Assembly: GCA_039808405.1 (NCBI GenBank)
Contig: JBDHSY010000001.1
Location: 2,061-66,060 of the forward strand
From: Xanthobacteraceae bacterium
GTDB lineage: Bacteria > Pseudomonadota > Alphaproteobacteria > Rhizobiales > Xanthobacteraceae
Length of the DNA: 64,000 bases
Direction: 5' to 3'
The position numbers and the translations under genes are program-made. A model generated the notes under the pieces. It made no database searches. It saw nothing but the letters and a program-made list of their open reading frames with translations, and was not told where the DNA came from. How positions within the stretch are numbered: position 1 is the first letter of the stretch; every line of letters begins with the position of its first letter. Positions 56,399-64,000 of this stretch are shown in pieces.

Positions 56399-58417
56399 GT
56401 GTCCGCCACCAAAATCCTCTGGGGCCAGATCCTCGTGGTGTTCGCCATCGTGCTGACGTCGATCTGGTCAGCGACGCAATGGACGGCGGCGGCGCTTGCT
56501 CACCAGCCCCAGTTGGGTTCGCCCTGGTTCACCGCTTTCGACACACCGGTCTATCCGCCGCCCGCCTTCTTCTGGTGGTGGTTTTCCTTCGACGCCTATG
56601 CGCCGGAGATTTTCCAACGCGGCGCCTATATCGCGGTATCGGGCGGTTTCCTGTCGATCATCGTCGCCATCGGCATGTCGGTGTGGCGCGCCCGCGAGGT
56701 TCGCAACGCCGAGACCTTCGGCACCGCGCGCTGGGCAAGCGTCAAGGAAATCCGCGGCGCTGGCCTGCTCGGCGATGACGGCGTGGTGCTCGGCCGGTTC
56801 CAGCGTGAATATCTGCGCCACGATGGCCCCGAGCATGTGCTCTGTTTCGCGCCGACCCGATCCGGCAAGGGTGTCGGTCTGGTGGTGCCATCACTGCTGA
56901 CCTGGCCGGGATCGGCGATCGTCCATGACATCAAGGGCGAGAACTGGGGCCTGACCGCCGGGTTCCGTAGCCGGTTCGGCAAGGTGCTCCTGTTCGATCC
57001 GACCAATGCATCGTCGGCCGCCTACAATCCGCTGCTCGAAGTGCGGCGCGGCGAATGGGAGGTGCGCGACGTCCAGAATGTCGCCGACGTGCTGGTCGAT
57101 CCGGAAGGCAGTCTCGAAAAGCGCAACCATTGGGAAAAGACCTCCCATGCATTGTTGGTCGGCACGATCCTGCATGTCCTCTACGCCGAACCCGACAAGA
57201 CCCTGGCCGGCGTCGCCAACTTCCTGTCGGACCCGAAGCGCCCGATGGAGACCACGCTGAAGGCGATGATGCTCACCCCGCATCTGGGCGAAGCCGGCGT
57301 CCACCCCGTCGTCGCCTCGGCCGCGCGCGAACTGCTCAACAAATCGGAGAATGAACGGTCAGGCGTGCTGTCGACGGCCATGTCGTTCCTCGGCCTCTAT
57401 CGCGATCCCGTCGTCGCGGCCGTGACCCGGCAATGTGACTGGCGCATCGCCGATCTGGTCGACGGCGCCCATCCGGTCTCGCTCTATCTGGTGGTGCCGC
57501 CGAGCGACATCAGCCGGACCAAGCCGCTGATCCGCCTGATCCTGAACCAGATCGGTCGCCGCCTGACCGAAGATCTGAAGTCGAAGGACGGACGACACCG
57601 GCTGCTGTTGATGCTCGACGAGTTTCCGGCGTTGGGGCGGCTCGACTTCTTCGAGAGCGCGCTGGCGTTCATGGCAGGCTACGGGATGAAGGCGTTCCTG
57701 ATCGCCCAATCGCTCAACCAGATCGAGAAGGCTTACGGCCCGAACAACGCCATTCTCGACAATTGCCATGTGCGCGTCAGTTTTGCGACCAATGACGAGC
57801 GCACCGCCAAGCGGGTGTCCGACGCGCTCGGCACCGCCACCGAGATGCGGGCGATGAAGAACTATGCCGGGCATCGCCTGTCGCCATGGCTCGGCCATTT
57901 GATGGTATCGCGCTCGGAGACCGCTCGCCAGCTCATGACGCCGGGCGAGATCATGCAGCTTCCGCCTGACGATGAGATCGTCATGATCGCGGGTGTGCCG
58001 CCAGTGCGGGCGAAGAAGGCCCGCTATTTCACCGACCGGCGCTTCACGTCACGCCTGTTGCCCGCGCCCAAAACCCAGCGGGCCACGACCACGCCGCGCC
58101 CGGATGACTGGACCGCATTGGCAGCGCCGCCGCGCCCGGTTCTTGCAGACCCGGCAGCCTCCAATGGACCGGACCGTAAAGGCGGAAAACCAACAAAGCC
58201 CGTAACCGCGAACCAAAGTGACACCGCCAACGCTAATATCCGGCGCGAGCCGGGCCTGCCCGATCATGAGGAGGTGGTGCGCGAGACGCCTGCGCCCAGG
58301 CAGGAGTTCACATTCGACGACATGGAGGCGGCGGACAGCGACGCCGCGACACAGCGCCGGATGCAGCGCCTCGCGCGCCAGGCCAGCCTCGATCCCGGCG
58401 ACGGCATCCAGCTCTGA
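56399..58417 (+). CDS. traG: Type IV coupling protein TraG/VirD4
   Basis: GTG start, two N-terminal TMs, Walker A APTRSGKGVGLVVP, LLLMLDEFPALG. Confidence 0.9.
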   Translation: MSATKILWGQILVVFAIVLTSIWSATQWTAAALAHQPQLGSPWFTAFDTPVYPPPAFFWWWFSFDAYAPEIFQRGAYIAVSGGFLSIIVAIGMSVWRAREVRNAETFGTARWASVKEIRGAGLLGDDGVVLGRFQREYLRHDGPEHVLCFAPTRSGKGVGLVVPSLLTWPGSAIVHDIKGENWGLTAGFRSRFGKVLLFDPTNASSAAYNPLLEVRRGEWEVRDVQNVADVLVDPEGSLEKRNHWEKTSHALLVGTILHVLYAEPDKTLAGVANFLSDPKRPMETTLKAMMLTPHLGEAGVHPVVASAARELLNKSENERSGVLSTAMSFLGLYRDPVVAAVTRQCDWRIADLVDGAHPVSLYLVVPPSDISRTKPLIRLILNQIGRRLTEDLKSKDGRHRLLLMLDEFPALGRLDFFESALAFMAGYGMKAFLIAQSLNQIEKAYGPNNAILDNCHVRVSFATNDERTAKRVSDALGTATEMRAMKNYAGHRLSPWLGHLMVSRSETARQLMTPGEIMQLPPDDEIVMIAGVPPVRAKKARYFTDRRFTSRLLPAPKTQRATTTPRPDDWTALAAPPRPVLADPAASNGPDRKGGKPTKPVTANQSDTANANIRREPGLPDHEEVVRETPAPRQEFTFDDMEAADSDAATQRRMQRLARQASLDPGDGIQL

Positions 58418-58432
58418 CAAAAAGGAACCGTC

Positions 58433-58870
58433 ATGCGCATCAAACACACATTTCGTCTGCCCGCCGATCTATCCGGTCGGCTCGCCGATTATGCGGCACG
58501 AAAACGCGTTGCCCAGACCCAGATTGTCGAAGCCGCGCTGTTGTCGTTCCTTTCACCCGATGGGTCCGAACGGCTGGAGGCCGCGATCGGCCGTCGTCTC
58601 GACCGGCTGTCGCGGCAGGCCGACCGGCTCGAGCATCATATCGGGATCTCGAACGAGGCGATGGCTCTATTTGTCCGCTTCTGGCTGACCACGACGCCGC
58701 CCTTGCCGGACACGGCCTTCGCCGCCGCCCAGGCCAGCGGCCGGGAGCGCTATCGCAGCTTCGTCGAGTCGCTCGGCCGGCGCATGGAGACCGGCGCAAG
58801 CTTGGCGCGTGAACTATCCGAAGATATCAAATCTACGCCAGAGCACGATACCGGCGATTTCGAGCAATAG
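58433..58870 (+). CDS. CopG/RHH-family regulator preceding the trb operon
   Basis: MRIKHTFRLPADLSGRLADYAARKRVAQTQIVEAALLSFL is an RHH N-terminus. Confidence 0.7.
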   Translation: MRIKHTFRLPADLSGRLADYAARKRVAQTQIVEAALLSFLSPDGSERLEAAIGRRLDRLSRQADRLEHHIGISNEAMALFVRFWLTTTPPLPDTAFAAAQASGRERYRSFVESLGRRMETGASLARELSEDIKSTPEHDTGDFEQ

Positions 58871-59010
58871 TCCAAACTCGCCGATCGTTTCTATTTGCAC
58901 GCCATAGCACGACGGCTTGATTTTAGTGTTGCGATTACCGGGTTTGTGTCTCTCTTACTTGTCCCCGATCGCAGCGCGCGTCGCCCGGCGGTCCTTGCAG
59001 GGGACAGATC

Positions 59011-60030
59011 GTGCAGCATCAACAGGTCGGATCGGAGGCGGATTCTCGCGGCGCGCGCATGTTGCGCACCGCGCTCGGCCCGTTAATCGCCGCCTGGCTG
59101 GCCGAGCCCGCCATCGTCGAAGTCATGCTCAATCCCGATGGACGCCTGTGGGTCGACCGGCTCGGTGAGGGCCTGGCCGACACGGGCGAACGTCTGTCGG
59201 CCGCGGACGGCGAACGCATCGTCCGCCTGGTCGCACATCATGTCGGCGTCGATGTCCATGCGCGTAATCCGCGCGTTTCGGCGGAACTGCCCGAGAGTGG
59301 CGAGCGGTTCGAGGGGCTGATCCCGCCCGTCGTCGCCGCGCCCGCCTTCGCGATCCGCAAGCCCGCCGTCGCGATTTTCACGCTCGACGACTATGCCCAA
59401 GCGGGGATCATGTCGCGCTTGCAGGCGGCGGTGCTCAGGAAGGGCGTTGCCGATCGCAGCAATATCCTGGTCGCGGGCGGCACCTCAACCGGCAAGACCA
59501 CGCTCACCAATGCGCTGCTGGCCGAGGTGGCGAAGACCGCTGATCGCGTCGTCCTGATCGAGGACACTCGCGAACTGCAATGCGCCTCCCCCAATCTGGT
59601 CGCGCTGCGCACCAAGGACGGCGTCGCTTCGCTCTCGGATCTTGTCCGTTCCTCGTTGCGCCTGCGCCCCGATCGCATCCCCATCGGTGAGGTGCGCGGC
59701 GCCGAGGCACTCGACCTTCTCAAAGCCTGGGGCACCGGCCATCCGGGCGGGATCGGCACCATCCATGCTGGCTCGGCACTGGGCGCGCTGCGCCGGATGG
59801 AACAGCTCATCCAGGAAGCGGTCGTGACCGTGCCGCGCGCGCTGATCGGCGAGACCATCGACATGGTGGCGGTGCTGGCCGGGCGCGGATCGGAACGCCG
59901 CCTGGCCGAACTCGCGCGCGTCGATGGTCTCGGCCCGGACGGCGACTTCGCGCTCACCCACCTCCCATGCCCTTCACCCGTATCGGCGGCGCCAGCGGCG
60001 ACCGTTCTTTCAGCAGGAGAAAGCCAGTGA
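59011..60030 (+). CDS. trbB: Mating-pair-formation ATPase TrbB (VirB11 family)
   Basis: [14 protein letters not shown], Walker [30 protein letters not shown]. The GTG start at 59011 is uncertain. Confidence 0.88.
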   Translation: MQHQQVGSEADSRGARMLRTALGPLIAAWLAEPAIVEVMLNPDGRLWVDRLGEGLADTGERLSAADGERIVRLVAHHVGVDVHARNPRVSAELPESGERFEGLIPPVVAAPAFAIRKPAVAIFTLDDYAQAGIMSRLQAAVLRKGVADRSNILVAGGTSTGKTTLTNALLAEVAKTADRVVLIEDTRELQCASPNLVALRTKDGVASLSDLVRSSLRLRPDRIPIGEVRGAEALDLLKAWGTGHPGGIGTIHAGSALGALRRMEQLIQEAVVTVPRALIGETIDMVAVLAGRGSERRLAELARVDGLGPDGDFALTHLPCPSPVSAAPAATVLSAGESQ

Positions 60031-60386
60031 ACCCGACATCCAACGTTTGGCGGCCGATCGCCGCCATCTCGCATATGCGCCGGCAGGTCGCCGCTGGCGC
60101 ATTGGCGTGCGTCGTGGCCGTGACCCTGTCGGCCCCGGCGCGCGCCTCCGGTTCGTCGATGCCCTGGGAAGCCCCACTCCAGTCCATCCTCGAATCGATC
60201 GAAGGGCCGGTGGCGAAGATCATCGCCGTGATCGTGATCATCGTCACCGGCCTGACGCTTGCGTTTGGCGATTCCGGCGGCGGCTTCCGCAAGCTGATCC
60301 AGATCGTGTTCGGCCTGTCGATCGCCTTCGCCGCGTCGAGCTTCTTCCTGTCCTTCTTCAGCTTCGGCGGCGGGGCGCTGATCTGA
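60027..60386 (+). CDS. trbC: Pilin precursor TrbC (VirB2 family)
   Basis: GTG 60027 overlaps the trbB stop (AGGAGA upstream). Long signal, then two hydrophobic helices. Confidence 0.78.
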   Translation: MNPTSNVWRPIAAISHMRRQVAAGALACVVAVTLSAPARASGSSMPWEAPLQSILESIEGPVAKIIAVIVIIVTGLTLAFGDSGGGFRKLIQIVFGLSIAFAASSFFLSFFSFGGGALI

Positions 60387-60655
60387 TGCTGGAGGATGGC
60401 GAAGTCGCGGGCTTCTACGCCCCTGTCCACCGGGCGCTCACCGAGCCGATTCTGCTCGGCGGCGCCCCGCGCGCCATCGCCATCGCCAACGGCACCCTGG
60501 CCGCCGCGATCGGCGTCGGCCTCCAGCTCTGGATCGCCGGCGGCGTGCTCTGGCTGATCGGCCATCTGGCGGTGGTGTGGGCGGCCAAGCGCGATGCGCA
60601 GTTCCCCGACGTCGCCCGCCGCCACCTTCGCTACCCCGCCTATCTGCGCGTCTGA
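60386..60655 (+). CDS. trbD: TrbD (VirB3 family)
   Basis: Internal ATG 60386 overlapping the trbC stop. 89 aa: FYAPVHRALTEPILLGGAPR. Confidence 0.8.
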   Translation: MLEDGEVAGFYAPVHRALTEPILLGGAPRAIAIANGTLAAAIGVGLQLWIAGGVLWLIGHLAVVWAAKRDAQFPDVARRHLRYPAYLRV

Positions 60656-60667
60656 GGTCCACACCCC

Positions 60668-63118
60668 ATGATGAACCTTGCCGAATATCGAAGCCGCGCC
60701 AGCCATCTGGCGGATTTCCTGCCCTGGGCGGCGCTGGTCGCCGAGGGGATTGTGCTCAACAAGGACGGGAGCTTCCAGCGCACGGCGAAGTTTCGCGGTC
60801 CCGATCTGGATTCAGCGACGCCCGCCGAACTGGTCGCCGTCACCTCGCGCCTCAACAATGCGCTGCGCCGTCTGGGATCGGGCTGGGCGATCTTCGTCGA
60901 GGCGCAGCGCGTGCCGGCGGGCGGCTATCCTGAAAGCACATTTCCTGACGCCGCCTCAAACCTGGTCGACCGCGAACGCCGCGCACAGTTCGAGGAACAG
61001 GGCAGCCACTATGAGAGCGGTTATTATCTCACCCTGCTGTGGATGCCGCCCGCCGAAGACGCGGCGCGCGCGGAAAGCTGGCTCTATGAGGGCCGTACGC
61101 AAAAAGGCGTCGATCCCTGGGAGCTGGTCTCCAGCTTCGCCGATCGCACCGACCGCGTGCTGCAACTGGTCGACGGGTTCGTGCCCGAGGTCCGCTGGCT
61201 GGATGACGGCGAGACGCTGACCTATCTGCATTCGACGATCTCGACCCGTCGCCAGCGCGTGCGGGTGCCCGAGACCCCGATGCATCTCGACGCGCTGCTG
61301 GCCGACGAACCGCTGACCGGCGGCCTCGAACCGCGCCTGGGCGATCATCACTTACGCACGCTGACCATCACCGGTTTTCCATCGATGACCTGGCCGGGCC
61401 TGCTCGACGAACTGAACCGGCTGGCCTTCCCCTATCGCTGGGCGACGCGCGCGGTGATGCTCGACAAGACCGACGCCACGAAACTGCTCACCCGCATCCG
61501 GCGGCAATGGTTCGCCAAGCGCAAGAGCGTGGCGGCGATCCTGCGCGAGGTGATGACCAATGAAGCGTCGACGCTGGTGGACAGCGACGCGTCGAACAAG
61601 GCCGCCGACGCCGATGCCGCCTTGCAGGAGCTGGGCGCCGACGATGTCGGCCAGGCCTATGTCACCGCCACCGTCACGGTGTGGGATACCGATCCCGGCG
61701 TCGCCGCCGAGAAGCTGCGGCTGGTCGAGAAGGTCATCCAGGGCCGCGACTTCACCTGTATCGCCGAGGGCGTCAACGCAATCGAGGCGTGGATGGGCAG
61801 CTTGCCCGGCCATGTCTACGCCAATGTCCGGCAGCCACCGATCAGTACCTTGAACCTCGCGCATATGATCCCGCTGTCGGCCGTCTGGGCAGGGCCGGAG
61901 CGCGATGAGCATTTCGACGCGCCGCCCTTGTTCTTCGCCAAGACAGAAGGATCGACGCCGTTCCGTTTCTCGCTGCATGTCGGCGACGTCGGCCACACGC
62001 TGATCGTCGGCCCGACCGGCGCGGGCAAATCGGTGCTGCTGGCGCTGATCGCCATGCAGTTCCGCCGCTACGAACGCGGCCAGGTGTTCGCGTTCGACTT
62101 TGGCGGCTCGATCCGCGTCGCGGCGCTGGCGATGGGCGGCGACTGGCAGGATCTCGGCGGCAGCTTGTACGGCAAGGATACTGGGACCACTGCGGCGGCC
62201 AGCGTCTTCCTGCAACCGCTCGCGCGGATCGACGATCCCGCCGAACGTAATTGGGCGTCCGAATGGCTCGCCGCCATCCTGACCGCCGAAGGCGTGACGG
62301 TCGATCCCCAGGTGAAGGACTATCTCTGGTCGGCGCTGGGGTCGCTGGCATCCGCGCCGGTCGCCGAGCGCACGCTGACCGGCCTTGCCGTCCTCCTCCA
62401 GCAGCAACAGTTGAAGCAGGCGCTCGGCCCCTATTGCGTTGGCGGACCTTACGGCCAGTTGCTCGATGCGGAATCCGAACATCTCGGCGATGCCGATGTC
62501 CAGGCGTTCGAGACCGAGGGTCTGACCGGAACCGGGGCCGCGCCCGCCGTGCTCTCCTATCTGTTCCACCGGATCGAAGGCCGGCTCGATGGCTCGCCGA
62601 CCCTGATCATCATCGACGAGGGCTGGCTGGTGCTGGACTCGCCAGCCTTCGCACAACAGCTCAAGGAATGGCTGAAGACGCTTCGCAAGAAGAACGCCAG
62701 CGTCATCTTCGCCACCCAGAGCCTCGCCGATATCGAAACGTCGACCATTGCGCCGGCCATCGTCGAGAGTTGCCCGACCCGCATCTTCCTGCCCAATGAA
62801 CGCGCGATCGAACCGCAGATCACCGCCATCTACCGGCGGTTCGGCTTGAACGACCGCCAGATCGAGATTCTGAGCCGCGCCACCCCCAAGCGCGATTATT
62901 ATTGCCAGTCGCGGCGCGGCAACCGGCTGTTCGATCTTGGCTTGGGCGATGTCGCGCTCGCCTTCACCGCCGCCTCGTCGAAGACGGATCAGGCGCGCAT
63001 CGCCGATCTGATCGCCGAGCAGGGCCGCGACGGCTTCGCCGCCGCCTGGCTGCGCATTCGCGGCCTCGAATGGGCCGCCGATCTCCTTTCCCCCGCAGCC
63101 CCGGAGTATGAGCCATGA
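60668..63118 (+). CDS. trbE: TrbE (VirB4 ATPase)
   Basis: 816 aa with Walker A GPTGAGKS and Walker B LIIIDEGW. Confidence 0.92.
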   Translation: MMNLAEYRSRASHLADFLPWAALVAEGIVLNKDGSFQRTAKFRGPDLDSATPAELVAVTSRLNNALRRLGSGWAIFVEAQRVPAGGYPESTFPDAASNLVDRERRAQFEEQGSHYESGYYLTLLWMPPAEDAARAESWLYEGRTQKGVDPWELVSSFADRTDRVLQLVDGFVPEVRWLDDGETLTYLHSTISTRRQRVRVPETPMHLDALLADEPLTGGLEPRLGDHHLRTLTITGFPSMTWPGLLDELNRLAFPYRWATRAVMLDKTDATKLLTRIRRQWFAKRKSVAAILREVMTNEASTLVDSDASNKAADADAALQELGADDVGQAYVTATVTVWDTDPGVAAEKLRLVEKVIQGRDFTCIAEGVNAIEAWMGSLPGHVYANVRQPPISTLNLAHMIPLSAVWAGPERDEHFDAPPLFFAKTEGSTPFRFSLHVGDVGHTLIVGPTGAGKSVLLALIAMQFRRYERGQVFAFDFGGSIRVAALAMGGDWQDLGGSLYGKDTGTTAAASVFLQPLARIDDPAERNWASEWLAAILTAEGVTVDPQVKDYLWSALGSLASAPVAERTLTGLAVLLQQQQLKQALGPYCVGGPYGQLLDAESEHLGDADVQAFETEGLTGTGAAPAVLSYLFHRIEGRLDGSPTLIIIDEGWLVLDSPAFAQQLKEWLKTLRKKNASVIFATQSLADIETSTIAPAIVESCPTRIFLPNERAIEPQITAIYRRFGLNDRQIEILSRATPKRDYYCQSRRGNRLFDLGLGDVALAFTAASSKTDQARIADLIAEQGRDGFAAAWLRIRGLEWAADLLSPAAPEYEP

Positions 63119-63837
63119 CCCGTTTTCAGTTGCGCCGCGCGATGATCGCCGGCGTCGCCCTGCTTGCCGTTGCCGGCGTCTCGGCCCCCGCCAGCGCACA
63201 ATTCGGCTTTGGTGGGATTGTCTATGATCCCACCAACTATGCCCAGAATGTGCTGACCGCAGCTCGCTCACTCCAGCAGATCAACAATCAGATCCAGTCG
63301 CTCCAGAACGAGGCGTCCTCGCTGATCAATGATGCGAAGAATCTCGCCAGCCTGCCATTCTCCTCGCTCCAGCAACTCCAGGCGCAGGTCCGCCAGACCC
63401 AGCAGCTTCTCGGTCAGGCGCAGCGTATCGCCTATGACGTCCAGCAGATCGAGCAGGCGTTTTCGACCCGCTACCGCAACATCGACCTCAATGCCTCCGA
63501 TCAGGCGCTGGTCGACGGCGCGCAAGACCGCTGGGAGACCAGCGTCGCCGGGTTCGAGGATGCGCTGAAGGTCCAGGCCGGCGTCGTTGGCAATATCGAC
63601 GGCGCCCGCACGGCCATGTCGAACATCGTCGGCGCGAGCCAGTCGGCGACCGGCGCATTGCAGGCGGCGCAGGCCGGCAACCAGCTTCTCGCCTTGCAAT
63701 CCCAGCAGATCGCGGACCTCACGGCGCTTCTCGCCGCGCAGGGCCGCGCGCAGGCGCTCGAATCCGCCCGCGACGCCGCCGCCGAAGCGCAAGGCCGCGA
63801 GCAGTTCCGCCGCTTCATGACGCGCAGCGGCAACTGA
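63115..63837 (+). CDS. trbJ: TrbJ (VirB5-like)
   Basis: Signal peptide, then GGIVYDPTNYAQNVL and coiled-coil Q-rich repeats. Confidence 0.85.
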   Translation: MTRFQLRRAMIAGVALLAVAGVSAPASAQFGFGGIVYDPTNYAQNVLTAARSLQQINNQIQSLQNEASSLINDAKNLASLPFSSLQQLQAQVRQTQQLLGQAQRIAYDVQQIEQAFSTRYRNIDLNASDQALVDGAQDRWETSVAGFEDALKVQAGVVGNIDGARTAMSNIVGASQSATGALQAAQAGNQLLALQSQQIADLTALLAAQGRAQALESARDAAAEAQGREQFRRFMTRSGN

Positions 63838-63877
63838 TCGGACGCGGCCGGGCATCGGCCGGAAAGGGAGAATGGGA

Positions 63878-64000
63878 ATGAGCCGTAGCGCGAAGATCGC
63901 AAGCGTAGCGCTGGCCGCTGGCATATTGCTGGCCACCGCTATCGTCATCGCCGTCGATGACCGACCGGAGCAGAAGGCCCCGCCACGGATCGAGGCGATC
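63878..64000 (+). CDS. Small membrane/lipoprotein-like ORF, 5' part only (entry-exclusion TrbK-alt-like position); runs off the window
   Basis: ATG 63878 (AAGGGAG 7 nt upstream) gives MSRSAKIASVALAAGILLATAIVIAVDDRPEQK... Confidence 0.45.
   Translation, partial: MSRSAKIASVALAAGILLATAIVIAVDDRPEQKAPPRIEAI

Noticed and set aside
61352-63271. 639-aa minus-strand ORF opposite trbE/trbJ
   Set aside because: It is antisense to VirB4-type Walker motifs and has a low-complexity Arg/Gly-rich translation.

Overview
GC-rich 64-kb segment of a conjugative element (ICE or plasmid). No integrase, att site, tRNA, rRNA, CRISPR array or transposase is visible in the window. The protein flavour looks alphaproteobacterial and sphingomonad-like, but I cannot verify that here.

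Layout:
- 1-29.5 kb: a dense, transposase-free heavy-metal resistance cargo.
  - czc-type operon: small exported protein, czcC, czcB, czcA, then a P1B ATPase with an SPC motif.
  - HMA-CDF transporter with a divergent MerR-family regulator.
  - copAB, preceded by two small exported proteins.
  - Cu P-type ATPase plus cueR, with tandem MerR-type promoters.
  - copCD.
  - cnrYXH-like ECF sigma module.
  - merR / merTPA.
  - DUF411-like gene.
  - cusCBAF, again preceded by two small exported proteins.
- 29.7-64 kb: the transfer and maintenance backbone, almost entirely on the + strand.
  - ardC, ParB-like gene, four conserved hypotheticals.
  - 1450-aa methyltransferase/helicase, Toprim protein, DUF2493-like protein.
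  - DUF736 genes.
  - XRE / DUF2285 / split DUF6499-DUF2285 regulatory cluster.
  - HTH protein, repA, parA, RHH protein, DUF2840, traF peptidase, lytic transglycosylase, relaxase.
  - traG and trbBCDEJ.
  - Two insertions: an arsR-arsC-acr3-arsH island (42.4-45.0 kb) and a vapBC module (55.7-56.2 kb).

Most interesting signals:
1. A QseC/QseM/FseA-type transfer switch whose activator gene needs a +1 ribosomal frameshift at UUU_CGG (48490-48495), with no luxR/luxI partner in the window.
2. An 84-94-nt GA-rich leader present in three copies upstream of ardC, the parB-like gene and the methylase-helicase gene.
3. A two-gene cassette of small exported Cys/His/Met proteins duplicated at the head of the copAB and cusCBAF operons, with a third relative heading czcCBA.
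4. Tandem CueR-type promoters.
5. An orphan cnrYXH-like sensor module.
6. Iteron-like repeats plus an AT-rich patch inside the 3' end of repA.
7. A 26-bp inverted repeat bracketing the 5' part of a small gene.

All family assignments come from reading the translated ORFs and recalling motifs. No database search was run.
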